Source: Tubiluchus corallicola (taxonomy: Eukaryota > Animalia > Priapulida). From it: a DNA stretch of 64,000 bases. Where the stretch lies: positions 1 to 64,000 of the forward strand of contig JAQGDQ010000764.1 in the NCBI GenBank assembly GCA_030141605.1, written 5' to 3'. The position numbers and the translations under genes are program-made. The notes under the pieces are model-generated. The model saw only the letters and a list, made by a program, of their open reading frames with translations, searched no databases and was not told where the DNA came from. This document shows positions 56,663 to 64,000 of this stretch, in pieces. Positions within the stretch are counted from its first letter, which is position 1; each line of letters begins with the position of its first letter.

Positions 56663-57120
56663 TGTCATTCTTACCTCTGTAAGCCAGTTTTATTAAGATG
56701 AATTATATATAAATTGTGAGCACATTGCTAAGTACATTGTGAGTTATTTTCAAGAGTAATGTTGTTTTAATTTAGGCATCTTGAAAAGGGTATTATAAGA
56801 AATTAAACCAGCCGACTACTGCTTTTAGCACCTAACTACGCTATAAAATGTAAAGTACTTTGCGCTATTATTAACTTTTTAACAAGTAGTGATGATATAT
56901 TGGGTGAAGGTGTGTTACAGCAGCAGTCAGATTTAGTGTATCGCTAATTTTAGTTCTAAGGAAGGAGTCACTGTTCGTGTTGCATATCTTTGTAGCTCAC
57001 ATACTTACATTAGTACAATTTAATGTGCTCTTGTATGGGAAATGCATTGTTTTTTAAATGTCGAGTTTGTGCTATTACCAAATTAAATTCCTCATTTACT
57101 TACTTGTATAACTACTATAA

Positions 57121-57804
57121 ATGTGTACTTGCTTAGCAAAAACATCTGGAAGTCGGCAGTGATGCTTTTAAAGTTATGCACATATTCTGAATATCTGCTT
57201 CATGAGGATCATTAGTGTACTTGCATAGCAAAAATGTCTGGAAGTCTTCAGTAATGTTTTTAAAGTTATTCACATATTCTGAATATCTGCTTCATGAGGA
57301 TCATTTGTGTGCTTGCATGGCAAAATCATCCATAAGTCGGCAATTAAGCTTTTCTAGTTTTTCACATATCCTGAATCTCCATTTCATGAAGATCATTTTG
57401 ATACCAAGTTTATTGCTCTGTGTTATTTCTAAGCTGAGATAATCCATGTTGAAGTTGAGGTGCGGGCTGCACAGAGAAAAACATAATCTTGAGAAAATCA
57501 CTGTTAAAGTCAGCCATTGTTTTTGTTGTGCTTCTACAAAACACTTAGCAACCGTACGAATGGGTGGTTGCTATGGACTTTGCAAGAACACACAGTGAAG
57601 TTACGTTTAAATCTTGTAGAAAATTTAATTTTTAGTATTTTATAAACAATTTCCCGATGTTTTGATGCCAGAATGTAAAGAGTCCAATTTTATTTAGCAT
57701 TCGAATTGATAATTCCCACAATTTTTGATGCATTCTACTTTGAAGCATCGTAACAGTTTTAACTATGCCGACTATGGACAGGAATGGTTTGCAAGCACAC
57801 AAAT
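57121..57804 (-). mobile_element. Inverted copy of the 52668 MITE with one terminal ~92-bp segment triplicated
   Basis: gtgt(a/g)cttgc.t.gcaaaa...aagtc..ca...cacatat.ctgaat.tc...ttcatga.gatcatt at ~57124, ~57215 and ~57307. Confidence 0.78.
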
Positions 57805-59356
57805 AGTAATTTGTACTATATGCATAAATACTACCACAAATTCATTAGACACGAAGGTCTAAGAAATAAGGTGCAAAGTATGTAAACAAGATTTTAATTT
57901 GGCAAGGTTTTGCATTTATTTGCTTTTAACTGAGGAAACATGAGTTTTTTTTAGCAGACCAGTATCTGTAAAGTGAATTTTTCTGTTCCCACCGTAACAT
58001 GTTATTTGCTTTTTCTCCATTTTGCAAACTATCTGCTATTTCTCATTTATTACTGCACAAAGCTTTTTCTGTGAGTGTTTAAGTGATTCATCACTGCACT
58101 GAATTTTATTAGTTGGTCACAATTGAATAATTAGTTAAATAATTTGTGATTATTCAATATTCATTCTGTTTACGACGTGTGTAATAAGTTTACCGCGAAA
58201 CTAGAAAATGTAGACTATAAGGCAGCCATTGTTTTTCCCCACTATTTAGCTGTTAAGGTGGACAAAAAGTATGCGAAAAATATGTCACCTCTTCTTTGTG
58301 CTCTTACAATACACATGTATAATTGTATATATATTACACAGAATAAATGACACCAATATATGGTCTATAGCTTTTGAAAATCTTTTTTTTATCATCGTCA
58401 TTATTATGACATGCAATTTTTATTGTACAGACTTACAAGCACAGCAGAACAAAGTAAAAATTTAAAAAAATTTATATAAGTCAAGAAATATAACAATTCT
58501 TCGATCTGTGACACAGAAATGTAGTTCTTTACTATGTATAGTGTGACCATTTCACTTTATTTGCAAAATTATGTCTGTTATCTAGTAAACACATCTAAAA
58601 AGCAAAAACAAGTCTACATAAATCCGTCTTGCACTGTGACAACAATACTCAATACTATACATAAAATATAATTATATATATTATAACTAACCTACACATT
58701 AAAATTAATAGGATATAGACATACATACGCTGAATGTTAACATACATGACGTTTGTTTGCAGAATACTAATAGACATCATACAACCTTGAATGACAATCT
58801 ATATATTAACATGTGAGGCTCAAATCATGATCATTCTTATTTACTGAGTGTAAAACATCTGTAACAATTTAAACTATGTAACAATCTGTAATTTAAATTT
58901 AATAAAAACTAAAATTCATTCACTTCTAAAAACACGTCACATTTGCACTTCTGTTGCTCAAAACTTGAGTACCCAGCTATGTTAGGACTCGGGTGCCCCA
59001 GAGCACAGTCTTATAAAATGTTAACAAAAGTTTTCTAGGCATAGTGTGAATTGTAACAATGCAGTACTCGTACTAAATTACTATTATCTTGCTAGTGTAA
59101 AACATCTATACATCTGAAAGTTACATTAGCATTTGCAAATCTGAACTAACTTCATGCTGGTGAAGTAAAAAAAAGATTTTACAATTTCAGAATATACAGT
59201 GTACTTTTACTATACAAGTGGTAAGATGTTTAGTGGCAAAGTGAACAGTTGTTCCACTATTGAAATTGACATGCATGGATATAAGTTAATTTGTGCACCA
59301 GCTGCACAATTGTCATTTGTCTTTTTTGCAAAAAGAGGTAAAAATAACTATAACTG

Positions 59357-59602
59357 TCATGAGATTATGCCTTGTACTAAATGTACCAGCAATAGTATTG
59401 TCGAGGCGCCTACTAGTGACAAATTTATGTGTAGTATCGTTGCTCTGCCTGCTCTCCCAACATTACAAAGTGTTTCCGTGCAACATGTTGTACATTTACC
59501 CATCACATAACGGTTTCCTGCTGATACGCAACCAGGCTCGCACTGTGCGGCACAGGAGCGCTCAAACAAGTCAGTCACATTGTTTGTATACCTCCTCTTG
59601 AC
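59357..59602 (-). CDS. Three-finger gene terminal exon B (paralogous duplicate of exon A)
   Basis: attacag|VKRRYTNNVTDLFERSCAAQCEPGCVSAGNRYVMGKCTTCCTETLCNVGRAGRATILHINLSLVGASTILLLVHLVQGIIS*. Confidence 0.8.
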   Translation of the reverse strand, partial: VKRRYTNNVTDLFERSCAAQCEPGCVSAGNRYVMGKCTTCCTETLCNVGRAGRATILHINLSLVGASTILLLVHLVQGIIS

Positions 59603-62397
59603 CTGTAATATTATACAAGATATGTCTACGTCCATTTAAAAAAGTTTGCCATGTGTTGTACATTTCATCTTCTCTACGGGTCACGAGCGCTTACTGAAAA
59701 GTCTCATGCATGATAAAACAAGCATTGCAGAAGTTGCTAAAATGCGCATTGAAGCTGCAGTCATTGTTGGGGAACCACTGCCAACATTGCAATAGCTTTC
59801 TCCGCAACACGATGTACATCGGCCGAGGACATAGCGATTCGAATTTCCAGCAGAAACGCAACCAGCATTGCAGGTTTCATCGCATCCTCGCTCAAACGCA
59901 TCAATGTATGTCGCGTTTTCCTTATTGACAAAGCGTCTCTCGACCTGAAAAATGAAACCTTGCAACAGAAAAGAATAGAAAATAAAAAAGGTAGAGAGAA
60001 CTGAAGGAAGCACAGCTGTAGCTCTAGAAAAAAAAAACAAAATAAAAACAGCCTATTTGTCGTGCTAACATCACATTACTGCCACAATGGAAAAGCAGAT
60101 CAGAAAAGTTTAAATGACAGTAAGAATGAAACAAGGTTACATGGAAAGCAGATGGAAAAAGATAAACATTTCACATCAGAATGTTTTTATCTCGGTGATT
60201 CCAGCCTCTAAACATGCAAGCTTAAAAAGAACTCTTATTTGAATTTCCAGCTGAAAGTCCTTCAGCACAGTCATTCACCTGACTAAGAAAGTGTTTTCAG
60301 TGCACAAATTGTTACTTTCCATACTTGTACGTGGAAACCCAATGTATTAGCAAATAAATAAAATGTAAATTACAACTTCTTAATTATAGAAAATGCTCGA
60401 TATAATAACAATATCAATACTTTTAATACATTTGTAGGCGGTAGAGTACGCCACTAGCTGTTTAGGACACTTCCGCTAAAGTGCATGTGCTGAATTTGCG
60501 GAAAAGCAGTGTCGTACATGGGCAGTCCAAGTAGGGCACTGGCGATTTCTGTCGAGAAGGGAGAGTTATGATATAATAAAATGTAAAACTAAATATGTTT
60601 TTGCATGTATGTGTGTAAATATGTTATAAAAAAAGTAACTTTATAACAATGATGGACAGTCCTTGACAATTTACAAAATAACCTATTTTTTACAATAATA
60701 ATATCAGCATTATTATTAGCTCCACTAACATCATCATAACATTAAACTAAGTGTCTGATGCTTTAAAGAGAGAAACTATGTAGGGGCACGTAGCTCGCTA
60801 GCCTGTTCACTTAGAAGAAAACAATTATTTGTCCAAGAGGTAGTGAAACGGATCACGTACCTGTTTGTAAAGCTAGACATAATAAAAAATTATATACCTT
60901 AAGCAAATGTTAAAATCGCCTAAAAAGCAGGCTTATTTCACTTCATAAATATTAATATCGAAGCCAAGTTGGCCGTTCTACTAGCTCAGAATAAAATTAT
61001 TTTATTTTATCAGATGTGTAATAAATTACTCAATGTGTATTGACATTTTCAATTATTTTTATTAAATAAACAAGGACAACGGACGCTGCTAGTACGGTTA
61101 ACGACTCACTTCATGACCTGTCTCTAGTGTCCTATTTGGGCAGCCCATGTACGATGCGTCCTACTTGGGCTAGCGAATGTACGCCAATTGTCCTACTTCA
61201 GCTAGTGTCCTAACGGCTCTGCTTACAACACATTTACATGGTGAAATCAGTTGTGAGCGAACAGCAAATGTGTTACAGATTTCGCAGTACACACCTTGCA
61301 GTACGTTTGCGTGATGTCACAGCTTCTCTGTTCAAGAAGTGACGTGTCTTGCATCGTTATGCAGTTCATACCATGCGTCTGTTTTGTGCAGCTCCAGCAC
61401 GTCAAATTAAACTTTGGGACAACTTTCTGTGATCCAGCTAAAGAAAAGGGTAATTTTTTGTAAGAAAATCAAACAAACTTGCTCCACCGAATATTAATCA
61501 TTAAGCGGCCAACTTACATCTATTGTCAGCTAAGTTTCTGACAATATGAGTTTTCGTACCACTAGACAGTCAAATTTACCTATTATCCCTACTGCAAAAT
61601 CAAATTCTGGCACAAGACGGTTCATAGCCGAACAATCAGTCATAACCAAATTAAATAAAATTACAAAATTTGAAATATATTTAAAAAGAAACTCAGGGAA
61701 TTAATTACAATGCATTTTCTTTTCTTTTAACTTTTCAATTTTTATAACCACACTTTTATGTTATATTAATTGGGATGTTCTCAATTTTTTATATTGATCA
61801 TTATACATTTTTAGTTCTATGTACTGTACACTATGCAAAAAACCTCATTTATGGGGATTACACTTGTAAAAATAAATAAATAAATGGCCCGCCATGTCAT
61901 AACGTTAAAATTTTGTGAAATGTGACATTAAGTTTGGCTCTTTGAAACTGCTGAAGCAATCTCTTATTAAAATAATGTAGCAATGTTTTAATGAGAATAA
62001 AAGACATTTAAGTTTTGCAACGACTGTCCCTGCTTCAATATACGAATGATGTGCTCTATAAATAATCACCAAATGAAGGCATAAAAATACGTTTTGCAAC
62101 GACTGTCCCTGCTTCAATATACGAATGATGTGCTCTATAAATAATCACCAAATGAAGGCATAAAAATACATGTGTACTAGCGATATCAAATAAGTAAACT
62201 GGAAGATTAACATGTTTTACAACAAGTATATACATCTGCAAAATTCGTTGTCTTGTTCGAAATTATATAACAGCTTCTAATAATACAAGTAAAACGCCTG
62301 TTTCCATTCTGAAATTAAATGTATTTCTAACTTTACCTATGCAGATGATGCCATACAGCACGACGAACATCAAGAAAAGTCCCGCATTCGCCAGCAT
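59357..62397 (-). CDS. Ly6/uPAR three-finger (quiver/sleepless-like) GPI-anchored protein with two alternative last exons
   Basis: Exon 1 62397-62337 encodes a signal peptide (MLANAGLFLMFVVLYGIICI). Exon 2 61437-61295 reads ...NLTCWSC...MNC...RSCDITQTYCK. Exon 3A 59944-59681 or exon 3B 59602-59357 each ends in CC-x4-CN plus a hydrophobic tail. Products are 155 or 149 aa. Confidence 0.85.
59681..59944 (-). CDS. Three-finger gene terminal exon A
   Basis: tttttcag|VERRFVNKENATYIDAFERGCDETCNAGCVSAGNSNRYVLGRCTSCCGESYCNVGSGSPTMTAASMRILATSAMLVLSCMRLFSKRS*. Confidence 0.85.
   Translation of the reverse strand, partial: VERRFVNKENATYIDAFERGCDETCNAGCVSAGNSNRYVLGRCTSCCGESYCNVGSGSPTMTAASMRILATSAMLVLSCMRLFSKRS
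60433..61227 (-). mobile_element. Inverted copy of the 13634-14363 MITE
   Basis: Collinear reverse-complement similarity along ~750 bp, e.g. gctcagaataaaattattttattttatcagatgt. Confidence 0.85.
62012..62169. repeat. Exact 79-bp tandem duplication
   Basis: GTTTTGCAACGACTGTCCCTG...GGCATAAAAATAC at 62012 and 62091. Confidence 0.95.
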
Positions 62398-62682
62398 TTT
62401 TACAATTCGTAATTTGGTGGCTACCCTGTGGTGAAAAATTTGTCGTTGGCTGCTTGGTCTAAGTTTTGCTCACATTAGCTCCTGTGTGTTACACCTTGAA
62501 ATAATAAAATATAGCATTTCAGTATATGCATACACATGTTTTTGATCAGTGATGGATCCCCAGTTCTTGATCATGTTGGTGGTGTTGGTGATTGTTGCTA
62601 CATTTATCTTTGAAAGCTGTCATAGTTCCCAGTTTTATCGTAGGAGCCTGAAATCTTGCATAAAGATACTATAGACCACTTG

Positions 62683-63180
62683 CCTAACATGCCCCTCAAG
62701 TATGTCTGGTTAATTTAGATCATGCCCGTTAAATGGATATTGTTATGGTTTCTCCCATTCTAATGTAAAAACGGATCTGCCCCAACAATTCTAAGTTTTT
62801 ATGAAAGTATGGATTCTATGACAATGGTGAATGCTTTCGATCTTTCCATAAATTTCTTGTGGAAACCATTAATTTTATCAGAAATGAGCAATTAGAAGTG
62901 ACAAATTTTTGCATAAAAATATTTTATAGACCAATTTGCAGACGACAATGAACCAGATTTTTTACTTTCCTAACATGCCCCTCAAATATGTCTGGTTAAC
63001 TGGATCATGCCCGTTAAATGGATATTGTTATGGTTTCTCCCATTCCAATGTAAAAATGGATTTGCCCAAACAATTCTAAGTTTTTATGAAAGTATGGATT
63101 CTATGACAATGGTAAATGCTTTCCATCTTTCCTTAAATTTCTTACGGAAACAATTAACCTTGTCAGAAATGAGCCATTAG
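62683..63180. repeat. ~210-bp direct duplication (286-bp period) upstream of the three-finger gene
   Basis: CCTAACATGCCCCTCAA...TCAGAAATGAGC.ATTAG at 62683 and 62969. Confidence 0.9.
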
Positions 63181-64000
63181 CTGTGTCAGATCCAAGCATT
63201 CCAACTGTTTCACTGTTACGTTTTCGATTGACATGCTTTCCAGAATTTTGCTACAGACCCACAAATGGCTTCTTATGTAAGAGATAACTGACAGCTCCAA
63301 AAATTGCGAAACCAGCTACAGAAATCAATAAATAAGTTTGACGCCAAGTGCTGCTATATTAAAGCAATCGTTTAGCCGTCTGGGTCTGGGTTGCACTAAA
63401 GCTGCATTTTATGTTTGTGCAAAACGAGTGGCTGAAATTACATTCAATTCTCCACTGTAATAAACTCTGTTCATTGCATTCAATTCATTCCATGCTGATG
63501 GAAAATTCTCTTGATGTCTTTCAAATACAAGTACATCTTACTGGTTTGAAAATATTGCTTTGAAAAAGGGAGTGCCCAAGTGCCCCTTTGTATGTTACAT
63601 TTCGTATTACAATGACAGAATGACAGTGTAGTACCAATGATTACATCTCATTATTACTACCCGTTTTGTCTGTTGTTCAGTTTAGGTAGCCTTCCAAGTC
63701 ATTTAGTGGCTCAACTGATTTGATTTTGGTTAATAATTGTACGATGACTGAGTGATTCTACGGTAGCACCATCTTACTGTCATTAGATAAAAAGGTCCTG
63801 CATGCACAAATTGCAAATGTCTTTGTTTAGCTTCATATAAGCTCACCATGTGCCCAAATAGTATTTCTTACACCAAATGTCTCTAGGAGCATTTCAGTCC
63901 CATTAACCCAAGAAATAGAATACATCTCGGTCAGACCAGAAGCAGTTGCTCAGGCCAACTTGTCATTAATTTCGATTAGTAGCTGGGTTACTAGAGGCAT

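Noticed and set aside
63240-64000. Possible decayed retroelement or coding sequence at the window end
   Set aside because: No recognisable motif or sustained reading frame.

Overview
AT-rich, intron- and repeat-rich genomic DNA from an animal, probably an invertebrate; it is not prokaryotic and the short ORF track is mostly noise. I assembled five spliced protein-coding genes by hand from GT-AG junctions with consistent phases. (1) A delta-9 acyl-CoA (stearoyl-CoA) desaturase (-, 3990->417; its 3' end runs off the window). (2) An 11-exon, ~430-aa protein with an N-terminal FYVE finger followed by armadillo-like repeats (+, 6650-22991). (3) MICU1 (-, 44292->26156). (4) PCNA (+, 47876-55956), head-to-head with MICU1 across an E2F-site-rich CpG patch. 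(5) A GPI-type Ly6/three-finger (quiver-like) gene (-, 62397->59357) whose last coding exon is present as two diverged tandem copies. The introns hold 5S-rRNA-headed SINEs, tRNA-headed SINEs, RTE and CR1/L2 LINE remnants, a solo LTR, many hAT/pogo/Harbinger-type MITEs and several satellites. The most notable leads are the switchable last exon of the three-finger gene, a candidate MICU1 microexon at the MICU1.1-equivalent position, the FYVE-ARM architecture, transposon TIRs bracketing the FYVE exon, and a CCA-ended tRNA-Phe 3'-half copy starting at position 38. No database searches were possible, so family names come from recalled motifs.
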